Positions 33,898 through 42,923 are shown, numbered from the stretch's first letter. The stretch: 54,466 bases of DNA from an uncultured virus (IMG/VR IMGVR_UViG_3300009177_000001) (IMGVR_UViG_3300009177_000001), one strand, 5' to 3'. Notes: generated by a model from the sequence alone, not told the origin. Numbers and translations: made by a program.

Positions 33898-34847
33898 AGT
33901 TCTGCCTCAAGCCGTTCGAGCACATGGAGATCGTGCCGAACGGGAACGTGCACCTGTGCTGCCCGCAGTGGATGCCCACGCCGGCGGGGCACGTCGACGA
34001 TGAAGACGCGTGGAACGGCGAAGGTGCAAACGAGATCCGGAACTCGATCATCGACGGGAGCTTTCGCTTCTGCACCGGTTGTCCGTGGCTCGCGGACGCC
34101 ACGGGGCCTGTGCACGTGCTCAAGAAGACGATCAAGCTGCCGGTCATGCTGCCCCGGATCCCCGTGCTCAACCTCGCCTACGACAAGACCTGCAACCTGG
34201 CGTGCCCGAGCTGTCGAACGGAGCACATCGTCGCCAGCGACATCGAGCGCCGCCATCTGGCACGCGTCCAGACACGCGTGATCGAGCTGCTGCCGCGTGT
34301 GGACCAGCTCTACGTGACCGGTAGCGGTGACCCCTTCGCGAGCGCCACGTACCGCGAGCTGTTGCGCTCGATCGACCCGGCGAAGTACCCACGGCTCGCG
34401 GTCAAGCTCCACACGAACGGGCTCTTGTTCACGAAAGAGAACTGGCAGGCGCTCGGGCCCATACGTGAACGCGTGCGCGAAGTCGAGGTGTCGGTGGACG
34501 CCGCATGCGCCGAGACCTACGCGGTGAACCGCAGGGGAGACTGGACGACGCTCTGTGCAAACTTGGCCTTCATCGCAGGGCTGCGCCCCGTTCTCCGTCT
34601 GCAGCTCTCGTTTGTTGTACAGCAGAACAACTGGACCGAGATGCACGCTTTTCTTTTGCTGGCCAGCATCGTGAACGCCACGCACGTCTACTTCATGGGG
34701 ATCAACGACTGGAAGACCTTCTCACCGGAGGAGTACCGCCAGCGAGCGGTGCACCTGCCTGGTCACCCAGATCACAACGCGTTCAAGGCGATGCTGCGCG
34801 ACCCGATGTTCCACCAGGCGGGCGTGTCACTGGGGAATCTCGTCTAG
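33894..34847 (+). CDS. Radical SAM protein with N-terminal SPASM-like Cys cluster
   Basis: CNLACPSC (CxxxCxxC), GSGDPF, HTNG; N-terminal C...G.V.LCC...C..C. Confidence 0.85.
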   Translation: MKFCLKPFEHMEIVPNGNVHLCCPQWMPTPAGHVDDEDAWNGEGANEIRNSIIDGSFRFCTGCPWLADATGPVHVLKKTIKLPVMLPRIPVLNLAYDKTCNLACPSCRTEHIVASDIERRHLARVQTRVIELLPRVDQLYVTGSGDPFASATYRELLRSIDPAKYPRLAVKLHTNGLLFTKENWQALGPIRERVREVEVSVDAACAETYAVNRRGDWTTLCANLAFIAGLRPVLRLQLSFVVQQNNWTEMHAFLLLASIVNATHVYFMGINDWKTFSPEEYRQRAVHLPGHPDHNAFKAMLRDPMFHQAGVSLGNLV

Positions 34848-35419
34848 CCCTTACAGAACGAACCGGCCTTCGCGAAGCACCCGCACGCTGCCGTGCCGTC
34901 GCTCTGCATGTAGCAGCCCGCGGTGAGCGTCTGGCCGCTACAGCCCTGGCAGCAGTCGATCGCCTTCACCACGCACGCCCCCTGCGCGCAGTAGTGGTTG
35001 TCGATCATGCCGCTGTCGTAGCACGTTCCGCCGCCGCACGGGATGTTGTCGCCCGCCGGTACCACGTAGCCGCCGACGCACGTGTTGCACGAGTCGTTGG
35101 GCCGGTCGCAGCACATGCCAGCCGAAGCGCCTTCCTCACGCGTGCACACGCCGCTGCCGCACTGACCGTTCTCCGTGCAGCCGGAGCCTAGAGGCCGCGT
35201 CGGGGGCGCGTCAGCGGCATCAGGCGCCACGGCGGTGTCCAGTGGCAGCGTTGCATCCGTGCTGCCGCCGTCTGGATGGCCACGAACCGGAGCACCGACG
35301 TCGTCAGCGTAGGCATCGTATGCGCCGAAATGGTTGGCGTCCGTGCACCCGGTGAGAATCGCCGAGACAATCACCACAAACCCTACCGTGATGGCCATCA
35401 GTTGCAGAAGAGCGCGCAT
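34844..35419 (-). CDS. Cys-rich lipoprotein
   Basis: Signal peptide with LTGC lipobox, DA-rich linker, Cys-rich domain. Confidence 0.7.
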   Translation of the reverse strand: MRALLQLMAITVGFVVIVSAILTGCTDANHFGAYDAYADDVGAPVRGHPDGGSTDATLPLDTAVAPDAADAPPTRPLGSGCTENGQCGSGVCTREEGASAGMCCDRPNDSCNTCVGGYVVPAGDNIPCGGGTCYDSGMIDNHYCAQGACVVKAIDCCQGCSGQTLTAGCYMQSDGTAACGCFAKAGSFCKG

Positions 35420-35431
35420 GATAGAACCTCC

Positions 35432-35881
35432 TTACAGCCCGAACACCAGCAGGTTGGTCTCGCGGACGTGCGCATCGTGAAGCGCTTGCGCTTCCTTGGC
35501 CACGCTGTCGGCGACTTCGCGATCCGCTTCCGTGATGACGTTGTTCTCGATCAGCCTGTCGACGAGCGTCGTCCAGTCGAGGTGCTGCTTCGCGATCAAA
35601 CGCTGCTCGTGCGTGCTCGCGCCGGCCTCGACGATCTCGGTGGCACGCGGGCTCTCCGCCCCAGGCAGCCGCCAGAATTTCCCCTGCTTTTCGTAAGGCA
35701 TGAACCCGGCGGCGAGTTCGCCTAGCGTCTGCGCCGCCTGGTTCACCCACTCGAAGCCAGCTTCGCCTACGCGTGAGACCTTGCACGTGACCCACACGAT
35801 CGCGGGGCCTCCGACGTGCGCGATCTCGACGCGCGGATCCGCTTTCAACTGTTCTCGTACCGTGCTTGTCGTTTCCATCAC
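35432..35881 (-). CDS. Hypothetical protein
   Basis: GGAGG RBS. Confidence 0.65.
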   Translation of the reverse strand: MMETTSTVREQLKADPRVEIAHVGGPAIVWVTCKVSRVGEAGFEWVNQAAQTLGELAAGFMPYEKQGKFWRLPGAESPRATEIVEAGASTHEQRLIAKQHLDWTTLVDRLIENNVITEADREVADSVAKEAQALHDAHVRETNLLVFGL

Positions 35882-35926
35882 ACTATCCTCCCGATTCGAA
35901 CGAAAAAGGTTTGTTCCGTATCCGCC

Positions 35927-36087
35927 GCGCGCGGGAGTCGGCGAGGAAACACGCCAATGCCGCCCACCGACTCCCGCTGCGCGACGAACCGAAAGAGGCC
36001 CCAGAATCCCGGCGCCTCCGCCGGAGCGAACACGAAGAGCGGGGGGACGAGGGGGGAGGGCGGAGGGGGCAGGCTCTTCGTATTCGC
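35927..36087 (-). ncRNA. Putative structured antisense-type RNA (three hairpins)
   Basis: Two 15-bp stems whose imperfect positions are G-U only on the minus strand; loops are antisense to the early-gene start motif and C-rich. Confidence 0.6.
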
Positions 36088-36101
36088 GCGAATCCTCTAT
36101 C

Positions 36102-37049
36102 TTACTGCACCTCCTCGTCGCTGGTCACGAGCGCCGCCGCCGTGATGTCCGACCGCAGTACCTCAACGCGCGTCTTGATGGTGTCCATGCTGACGCCCAG
36201 CAGCTCTTCGTAGGCCGCCACCTTCGCGAGCACGGCCTCGCACGTCGCCGTGCGCGTCGCCAGCGCTCGCTTGCCGAGATTCCCACCCTGCAGCTCCGCC
36301 TCGATCCCCTGCGCGGCGTCGCGCGCTTCCGTGATGACCGCGTCCAGGATGGCCGCCACGGCCTCGTCGTTGCGCATGGCCGGGATGCGGAACACGAGGT
36401 GCGAGCTGGCCGCCTCGACCGCGGTGGCGATCTTGCGCCAGATCTCCACGTTGGTGCGCGGCACGAAGTAGATGCCGCCGCTGTCGCGGAGGGCGACGGC
36501 GCCGAGCTTGCGTGCATGCCGCACGAGCCAGCTGGAGATGTCGTTCGAGTCGATGGCGCCGAGGTGGTGCTGCACCGACGTCTCCAGTGTTCGCTCGATG
36601 AGTCCGTGCTCACTGTCAGTGGCCTCGACCGCGGTCACGGCGGGAATCTTGTTCTCGCGGAACGCCACCTGCACCAGCCGGCGGTACGTCGGGGGCGAGT
36701 CCTCCCCGATCACCTTGCCGTCCTTGTCGCGCGGCGCCGGGATCACCGTCTCTTCGACGATGGCCCATGCCCCCTGCCGGGCCAGGGTGGTCACGAAGCG
36801 CCGCTTCCCCTGCGCGTTGCGGTGGGTCTGCTGGTCGGCGACTGCTCGGCCGCAGGCGACGATCTCGCTGGTGGGCGTCGGCAGCTGGTCGACGGCCAGC
36901 CCCTGCTCGGTCCACTTCTCGGCGAGCTTGACGAGGCTGATGGTGCCGCTGAGGCGCCAGTAGGAGACGGCGCCGGCGACGCCTTCGGCCTCCTTGGTGA
37001 CGACGAGGTTCTGGTGTCGATGATTCGGCGACTGCTGTTGCATGTTCAT
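36102..37049 (-). CDS. DUF3150-like helical protein accompanying AAA/VWA genes
   Basis: LRDSGGIYFVP motif; coiled-coil C-terminus. Confidence 0.6.
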   Translation of the reverse strand: MNMQQQSPNHRHQNLVVTKEAEGVAGAVSYWRLSGTISLVKLAEKWTEQGLAVDQLPTPTSEIVACGRAVADQQTHRNAQGKRRFVTTLARQGAWAIVEETVIPAPRDKDGKVIGEDSPPTYRRLVQVAFRENKIPAVTAVEATDSEHGLIERTLETSVQHHLGAIDSNDISSWLVRHARKLGAVALRDSGGIYFVPRTNVEIWRKIATAVEAASSHLVFRIPAMRNDEAVAAILDAVITEARDAAQGIEAELQGGNLGKRALATRTATCEAVLAKVAAYEELLGVSMDTIKTRVEVLRSDITAAALVTSDEEVQ

Positions 37050-37087
37050 GGCGTGTTTCCTTGTTGGAGTTGAACGGCTTCGAGGCT

Positions 37088-37585
37088 TCAGCTCTTCACG
37101 TTATGTGCCAGCGGTTTCCAGCGCGCCGTCTTCGGTTCGATGAGCGCTGTGGTGATCTCATCACGCAACAGTGTGGCGGCAGCGACACGGGCGCGCTGCA
37201 GCTGGCGGTTCTTCTTGGCGGCGCGCAACGCACTCGGGTGCAGAGGGCCGATCGCGCGCGCCCACTCCGGAATGTACGCGCACCCCGCTACCCGCCGCAC
37301 GGGAACGCCGGCCGCTGCGTAGTGAACCACGGCGTCCGCGGAGGACTCGAACACCCAGCCCGCGCGCTCGATGCGTTCTTGCCGCCCTTCCGGTGTCTTC
37401 AGCCGCTTCACCTTCCCGCGCTTGATGATCGCGGGGAACTCCTCGTCGATGAGCGCGCGCATCTTGCGGAGCTGCGCGAGCACGCGTGCGCGGGCGTTAC
37501 GGCGGGCTACGGGTCGGTCCGCGGTCGCCGGCAGCTTCACGTACGCGCGCCGCAGCTGCTTCAGGAGCTTGTCGATGGTGTTCAC
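37088..37585 (-). CDS. Basic hypothetical protein
   Basis: GTGA-coupled start. Confidence 0.55.
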   Translation of the reverse strand: MNTIDKLLKQLRRAYVKLPATADRPVARRNARARVLAQLRKMRALIDEEFPAIIKRGKVKRLKTPEGRQERIERAGWVFESSADAVVHYAAAGVPVRRVAGCAYIPEWARAIGPLHPSALRAAKKNRQLQRARVAAATLLRDEITTALIEPKTARWKPLAHNVKS

Positions 37586-38154
37586 GTGTTCTTCTCCTCG
37601 TGGTACTGCTTGCGCCGCGCCGCCAGCTTCTCCCCGCGTTCGCCCAGCAACGCATCGAACACCGGCAGCGGATCGGCGTCGAGCGCGATGGCGGCAGCTG
37701 CCGATCGGAGCCACTGCACGCGACGTGCCTCGGGCAGGCGCATGAGCGCTTCGAGCATGAGCTTGAGGGTGTCAGGGACGTGGAAAGCTACTACCTGACG
37801 CACGAGCGCTGCTATAGCAGCGTCGCAGAAGGTGCCCCGGTGCACCGTCACAGCTGGTTTTCGGCTCCGTCCGTACACCGCCAGAGACCCCGCATGCAGC
37901 GTCACGGACTCGACGCCTTCAACCAACGGGACGTCAGCGGCGCGCAGGATCGGAAGCGTCCAGTGATCCGCCGCTGATCCGCTCACCCTAACCAGCCCAC
38001 GCGCACGCAGCTCCGCCATGTTCGCGTACGCCTTGTGCCGAGCCCCCCGCACGTGTCCGCCGATGCCTCGTGGATCGACGCCGTGCTCTTTGCAGACCGG
38101 GCAGATCCCGGTCTTGCGGATTTCGAGCACGGCGTCGAACCCCAGCGTGTTCAC
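37582..38154 (-). CDS. Protein with C2H2-like zinc finger
   Basis: CPVC...GHVRGARH. Confidence 0.55.
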   Translation of the reverse strand: MNTLGFDAVLEIRKTGICPVCKEHGVDPRGIGGHVRGARHKAYANMAELRARGLVRVSGSAADHWTLPILRAADVPLVEGVESVTLHAGSLAVYGRSRKPAVTVHRGTFCDAAIAALVRQVVAFHVPDTLKLMLEALMRLPEARRVQWLRSAAAAIALDADPLPVFDALLGERGEKLAARRKQYHEEKNT

Positions 38155-39458
38155 TGCGGGGCCTCCACGTGGATCACCTCGCCGTAGCGCGGCTTGAACG
38201 CCACGCGGTTGCCGCACACGCACCAGACCACCCGGTAGTGCGGCTCGATGTCCGGGTACCCGTCACCGATCTCCGCGTCGGTCAGCACCACGACCAGCTC
38301 GATCTTCGGTTGCCGCGCCGACAGGGCCTCGAAGCCCGGCGTGAGGATCGTGCTGCCGCCGCCCGTGAAGATCTCCGCGGCGTCGGCCAGCGACCGGCAC
38401 TCCTTGATGCCCTGCAGCTCCGCGTCCACGGTGCACACCGTGACCGTGGCGTTGACGGCGGCGAGAATGCCCTGCAGCTCGCTCGTAGCGGCCTTCACAC
38501 GCGCCCTGGACATCGAGCCCGACAGATCGATCAGCACCCCCACCTGTGGCACCGGCGCACGGTAGCTCGGCACGATCGGGACGCCGACGCCGTAGCCGAG
38601 ACCGCCCTGCCGCCTCGACGGCTTCGACCAGTCGAAATCGACGGCGCCGGGCCGATACGCCACCGCCGCGCGCACCACCGACGCGAGCTTGTCTTGCCAC
38701 GGCACCTGCGGAGGCGCGAGGAACTCCTCCGCCCAGCGGGCGAGCGACGCTGGCAGGAACCCTCGGCTCTGGCTGTCACGCGCCTCCTGCGCCTGCACCG
38801 CCTGCGCGACCTCGCGGCGGATCCGGTCCATCTCCGCCTTGGACCGGCCCTCGCCGCCGCCTTCGCCGTCCTTCTTGCCCGGCGGAGGTTCACCCGGCGC
38901 GGAATTGCCCGAGCAGCTGCCGCACCCGCCGCCACCACAGCGCGGGACCTTGATCGTCACGGTGTTCTTCTCGATCAGGCGATACCGCTCCTCGAACGTG
39001 AGCCCGAGCGGCTGGTGCAGCGTCTCCGGATAGCACCAGGTCTCCGGCGGCTGCTTGAGCTTGCGGATCTCCTCGTTGATGCACGCGTCCTCGGCTAGGT
39101 TGGCCAGCCGCCGCATCTCCTGCGGCACGCGCAGCGCCCGGCAACGCTCGTGGTGCTTGAGCACGACGTGCATGCACTCGTGGATGAGCCCGAGCGCGAG
39201 CGTCTCGGTCGGCGTGGTGCGCACGAACTCCGCCGCCCAGAACAGGATGCCGTCTTCCGTCACGGCGAGCGTCGGCGCCATCCCTTCGGCACGCATCGCC
39301 TCGACCATCGCCTCGGGCATCTCGCGGCGAACGAGACCACGCAGAACGGCGCCGAAGTAGGGCGCCCAGCCCGTGCGGGAGTCCACCACGCGAAGGATCG
39401 CGGCGGCGAGATTCTGCCGCACGGGTAGCGTCGGAGCTGCAGCAGCGGTGGCGGTCAT
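38151..39458 (-). CDS. DUF2201-type metallopeptidase-like + VWA domain protein
   Basis: HECMH (HExxH), NLAED..IN, DLSGSM (MIDAS), GGGST, VLTD. Confidence 0.85.
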   Translation of the reverse strand: MTATAAAAPTLPVRQNLAAAILRVVDSRTGWAPYFGAVLRGLVRREMPEAMVEAMRAEGMAPTLAVTEDGILFWAAEFVRTTPTETLALGLIHECMHVVLKHHERCRALRVPQEMRRLANLAEDACINEEIRKLKQPPETWCYPETLHQPLGLTFEERYRLIEKNTVTIKVPRCGGGGCGSCSGNSAPGEPPPGKKDGEGGGEGRSKAEMDRIRREVAQAVQAQEARDSQSRGFLPASLARWAEEFLAPPQVPWQDKLASVVRAAVAYRPGAVDFDWSKPSRRQGGLGYGVGVPIVPSYRAPVPQVGVLIDLSGSMSRARVKAATSELQGILAAVNATVTVCTVDAELQGIKECRSLADAAEIFTGGGSTILTPGFEALSARQPKIELVVVLTDAEIGDGYPDIEPHYRVVWCVCGNRVAFKPRYGEVIHVEAPQ

Positions 39459-40603
39459 CGCAGCCCCGCGGCGGTCAGCATGTCGAGGATGCGGTTCTTG
39501 CCACCACCGAGCTTCACCCACGCCGAGTTCTCGCCCATCTTGATGGCACCGGCCTTGATGATCTGGCGCGCCACGGGAACCACGAGATCGGCGGCGTCCT
39601 CCATCAGCGTGTCGAGGAATTTGACGAGCACCTCGCCACGGTCCTGCCGGCGCACCGACTTTTCGGGGATGATCGTGGCGGCGCACGCACCGAGATGCGC
39701 GAGCGTGCGATCGAGCCGCCGGTGGTCGTGAATGAACTTGGCCTTGCCGTCGAGGAACGCCGCCGGGTCCGGGAGATCCGCGTCGAGCGACCACTTGCGG
39801 TACTCGCTCACCCAGCCGAGCCCGACGAAGCCGGCGATCAGCGTGTCGGCGTCCGACTCGGAGAGCCCATGCACATCGGCGGCGGCGATCGCCAGCGATG
39901 CGTACTCGCACGTGCGGGGTGTCGGGAACGCCTTGTCCGTCGAGCCCTTCGGAGGCCGCTTGTCGAGCAGCTCCGGGCGGCGCGTGATGAACCCAGACAC
40001 CATACCGCGCGCCTTGGCGACCGCGCTGGGCCACGCGGCGTCCACGCGCGCCTCGATGTCCGCTGCGGTGTTGGCGCCCGTGTTGGCCTCCGCGGCGAAC
40101 CCGCCGAGCAGCGCGCCGGCCCACTCTTCGGTGCTGTAGCCCTCGAACTCCAGGTGACAGAACCGATTGAGGATGTCGGGGCGCAGCTCCCACGTCCCCG
40201 CGACGCCGTTAGCCGCCGCCATCACGCGGGTGCTCTTCGAGAACTGGTGGCTGCCGAGGATGCGCAGCTGCACCATCCCGAGCAGCGGGGGCTGCAGCGC
40301 GAGCGGCACCGAGTCGACCTCATCCAGGAAGAGCAGGCTGGGGCGCGCGTCCACGTCCTGCGCCCAGACCGGCGGGGGGTAGTGCAGAAAGCCGTCCGAG
40401 CCCGGAACCGGCACAACGCCGAACTGGCCCTCGCCGCGCTCGCTGGGCGCCAGGCGGTAGTGGTAGAGCCCACAGGCGTTGGCGGCGGCGCGCGCGGCGG
40501 CGGTCTTGCCTGTCCCCGACTTGCCCCAGAGCAGAATCGGTGCACCCTTGGGGCCCTCGGGCATCGGGATGAAAAAAGCGGCGCGAAGAACATCGGTGAG
40601 CAT
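39455..40603 (-). CDS. MoxR-like AAA+ ATPase
   Basis: GKSGTGKT Walker A, LLFLDE Walker B, AAAN, NRF, TPR. Confidence 0.85.
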   Translation of the reverse strand: MLTDVLRAAFFIPMPEGPKGAPILLWGKSGTGKTAAARAAANACGLYHYRLAPSERGEGQFGVVPVPGSDGFLHYPPPVWAQDVDARPSLLFLDEVDSVPLALQPPLLGMVQLRILGSHQFSKSTRVMAAANGVAGTWELRPDILNRFCHLEFEGYSTEEWAGALLGGFAAEANTGANTAADIEARVDAAWPSAVAKARGMVSGFITRRPELLDKRPPKGSTDKAFPTPRTCEYASLAIAAADVHGLSESDADTLIAGFVGLGWVSEYRKWSLDADLPDPAAFLDGKAKFIHDHRRLDRTLAHLGACAATIIPEKSVRRQDRGEVLVKFLDTLMEDAADLVVPVARQIIKAGAIKMGENSAWVKLGGGKNRILDMLTAAGLR

Positions 40604-40676
40604 TGGCGTGTTTCCTTTGTTTTGGGTTGAACGGTTCGGCGGGGGCTTCTGCAGTTCGCGTGCCGACCGCGCCGCT

Positions 40677-41039
40677 TCAGCCTTTCGACGGAGTGTGAAC
40701 TTCGGATACGGGCGCCTCGTTCACGGTGTTGCTCGGCCACCACGCCCCTGCAACCTTCAGCGCCGCCTCCAAGCCGTGCTCACGGAGCGCCTGAAGTGCC
40801 TGCGAGTACGCGGGAGCCATGTCGCGCAGAACAGCATCCGTAACCGGTCCTGTGCCTCCGTGCTTGCGCCAGCTTACGATGGGTGAGAGCCCTAGCATCA
40901 TGCGGCAGCTCTCGTCGAACAGATCGGCCTTCCGGCTACGCACCGCGTACGCTATCGCGCGCAGCACGAGAAGTGGATGGCGTTCGCCCGCGTCGAGCAA
41001 GCGCTGGAAGCGCTTTCCGTATTCTTCGCTGCGCTTCAT
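40677..41039 (-). CDS. Hypothetical protein (paralogue A)
   Basis: ERHPLLVLRA motif. Confidence 0.6.
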   Translation of the reverse strand: MKRSEEYGKRFQRLLDAGERHPLLVLRAIAYAVRSRKADLFDESCRMMLGLSPIVSWRKHGGTGPVTDAVLRDMAPAYSQALQALREHGLEAALKVAGAWWPSNTVNEAPVSEVHTPSKG

Positions 41040-41344
41040 GTCGTTCCCTCTTTCGTCTCGGTGTTGCGCTGGCGCCACGCTCTGACCGCTTCAGCGAAAG
41101 CCGGCGCAGCAGAGCGCAGGCGGGCGGGAAGCTCGGCGAGAGACCCGTGCATAACGTCTGCAGCTGCCACGGGTTCGAACGCCAGCCGGAGCAGAAGCAC
41201 GGCGTTGCTTCCATCCAGTGCGCTGAACCGGCCTTGACGCAGCAAGCGGCTCATAGCTCGCAGCACAAGCCACGGGTGTCTCTCGGCGGCTGAAAGCAGC
41301 AGCGCCCATGCCTTTTCCGCGCTTGCCCTTGCAGTAGCTTCCAT
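41036..41344 (-). CDS. Hypothetical protein (paralogue B)
   Basis: ERHPWLVLRA motif. Confidence 0.6.
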   Translation of the reverse strand: MEATARASAEKAWALLLSAAERHPWLVLRAMSRLLRQGRFSALDGSNAVLLLRLAFEPVAAADVMHGSLAELPARLRSAAPAFAEAVRAWRQRNTETKEGTT

Positions 41345-41346
41345 GT

Positions 41347-41532
41347 TCAGTTCACCGCCTTTTTCTTTGTCACGCACGTCGCGCAGTACAGCTCGTCGTC
41401 GATCTCCTCAACCCCCTCGAAGCAGCATTCTGCCGTGGAGCACTCCCCGGGGCACTTCTCCTCCGTGTCGGCACCGTCCTCGTGGAACGAGCACCGTTCG
41501 GTGTCGGTGCAGATCAGCCGGATGATAGCCAT
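41347..41532 (-). CDS. Small Cys-rich acidic protein
   Basis: First gene after leftward sigma-54 promoter. Confidence 0.6.
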   Translation of the reverse strand: MAIIRLICTDTERCSFHEDGADTEEKCPGECSTAECCFEGVEEIDDELYCATCVTKKKAVN

Positions 41533-41772
41533 TTTTGGCGTGTCTCCCTTTCGTGCTGGACATCCAGCATACCGCGTGCCGAGGCGATCGGAGCGAATCT
41601 AGGCTTGCGCGATAAGAGGAGAGGCCCCCTGAGGGTGTATCGGTGACGTCACAGGGTGTGGCGCAGGTAGGTGAGGTGAAAACGCCACGGTCGGGTGAAG
41701 GGAGCTGGCAGCTCGATCGGACAAGGATGGCATGGGGTATGCTGGACAGCTGGCAGGAAAGGAGACACGCCA

Positions 41773-41961
41773 ATGAAAAAGATCGATGGTTGTGACACGC
41801 TGACGGTGCAAGAGCTGATCGAGCGGCTCGCGGCTCTTCCCGGCGATATGCCTGTCATGTTCTCGTACTACGAGGGCTGGTCCACCGTTTCCGCCTGCGC
41901 GGCGCCCCCCGCACAGAGCGCCCTGCCGGCCATCGTTTTGTCCGGCGAGTATGTGGGCTAG
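41773..41961 (+). CDS. Small phage protein
   Basis: LTVQELIERLAALPGDMPV motif; RBS. Confidence 0.65.
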   Translation: MKKIDGCDTLTVQELIERLAALPGDMPVMFSYYEGWSTVSACAAPPAQSALPAIVLSGEYVG

Positions 41962-41965
41962 CCAA

Positions 41966-42367
41966 ATGGCCACCGCCGACACCACCTACCAGGGCTGGAC
42001 CAACTACTCCACGTGGGCCGTCGCCCTCTGGATCGACAACGACGAGCCCCTCTATCGGGCGTCCCGCCGGCGGGCCGCATGGATACACAAGGACGCGCAC
42101 GCCTGTGACGGCGGGGCACACGTGCTGGCCGACAACGCCACGCCCAGCATCTGCGAGAACTGCTCGGTGCTGATGTCGTCGTCCTGCGAGCCGCTACAGA
42201 CGCCCGCGGAGCACGAGGTGTCGACGCTGGCCGATGGGCTCAAGGCATGGCTCACCGAGAAGGCCCCGGAGCTGGGCGGCACGGTCTGGTCCGACCTGCT
42301 CGGCCATGCGCTGGAGGCCGTCAACTGGCACGAGATCGCCAAGCACGTGCTGGAGGAGCTGGAGTAG
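41966..42367 (+). CDS. Conserved phage early protein (YxGWxNYxTW family)
   Basis: YQGWTNYSTWAVALWIDNDEPLY...VNWHEIA. Confidence 0.7.
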   Translation: MATADTTYQGWTNYSTWAVALWIDNDEPLYRASRRRAAWIHKDAHACDGGAHVLADNATPSICENCSVLMSSSCEPLQTPAEHEVSTLADGLKAWLTEKAPELGGTVWSDLLGHALEAVNWHEIAKHVLEELE

Positions 42368-42414
42368 GCTTGGCACGTCTTCTGCTGGACAGCTAGCATC
42401 AGGAGGACACGCCA

Positions 42415-42816
42415 ATGACCAACATGAACGGCCGCACCCCGGAAGAGTTCGCCGCCGCCGGCATCGCGCTCGACGTCGCCTACGACTCCACGTGCGGTTC
42501 GGAGTGGCTCCGCCGCGTCCACGCGGACCTGCCCTACAAGGCCCCTGTGGCGCGCGCCGGCGCGTGGGCCTACAACCCGATGGCGCACGAGAACCAGCGC
42601 GTTCTCCGCGTCGTGTGGGACGCCGGCATCCCCGGCTGCTGCCGCAGCGGCTGGCGCTACCACATGCCGGGCTACTCGGCCTTCGACGCGATCTCGCTGA
42701 CGGACTACCCGGATGCGCCGTTCGTCACGTACGTCGAGACGGCTCCTGGGGGGCACTGCTGGCGCCGCGACCGGGTGATCACGCGTGAGGAGGCGCTCGC
42801 CAGCGCCACGGTGTGA
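42415..42816 (+). CDS. Hypothetical protein
   Basis: AGGAGGACACGCCAATG start. Confidence 0.7.
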   Translation: MTNMNGRTPEEFAAAGIALDVAYDSTCGSEWLRRVHADLPYKAPVARAGAWAYNPMAHENQRVLRVVWDAGIPGCCRSGWRYHMPGYSAFDAISLTDYPDAPFVTYVETAPGGHCWRRDRVITREEALASATV

Positions 42817-42923
42817 ACCAGCGGCACGTGCCTGGCGCTCACGGTTCGGTGGGCGCCAGGCACGGTGCGGGGGGAGCGCGGCGGCACGCCAGGTGCAGAA
42901 GGACCCGAGCGGAGGACACGCCA

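Noticed and set aside
35957..36145. Plus-strand ORF starting at the AGGAAACACGCCAATG motif
   Set aside because: Low-complexity product, opposite to the operon, no promoter seen; G-U pairing favours a minus-strand RNA (not fully excluded)
38151..40193. 680-aa ORF and other long Arg/Ala-rich overlapping ORFs
   Set aside because: High-GC frame extensions or shadows; true starts inferred from RBS and stop-start overlaps
39455..40603. AAA ATPase as sigma-54 activator or packaging ATPase
   Set aside because: No GAFTGA loop or HTH; paired with a VWA gene, typical of the MoxR type
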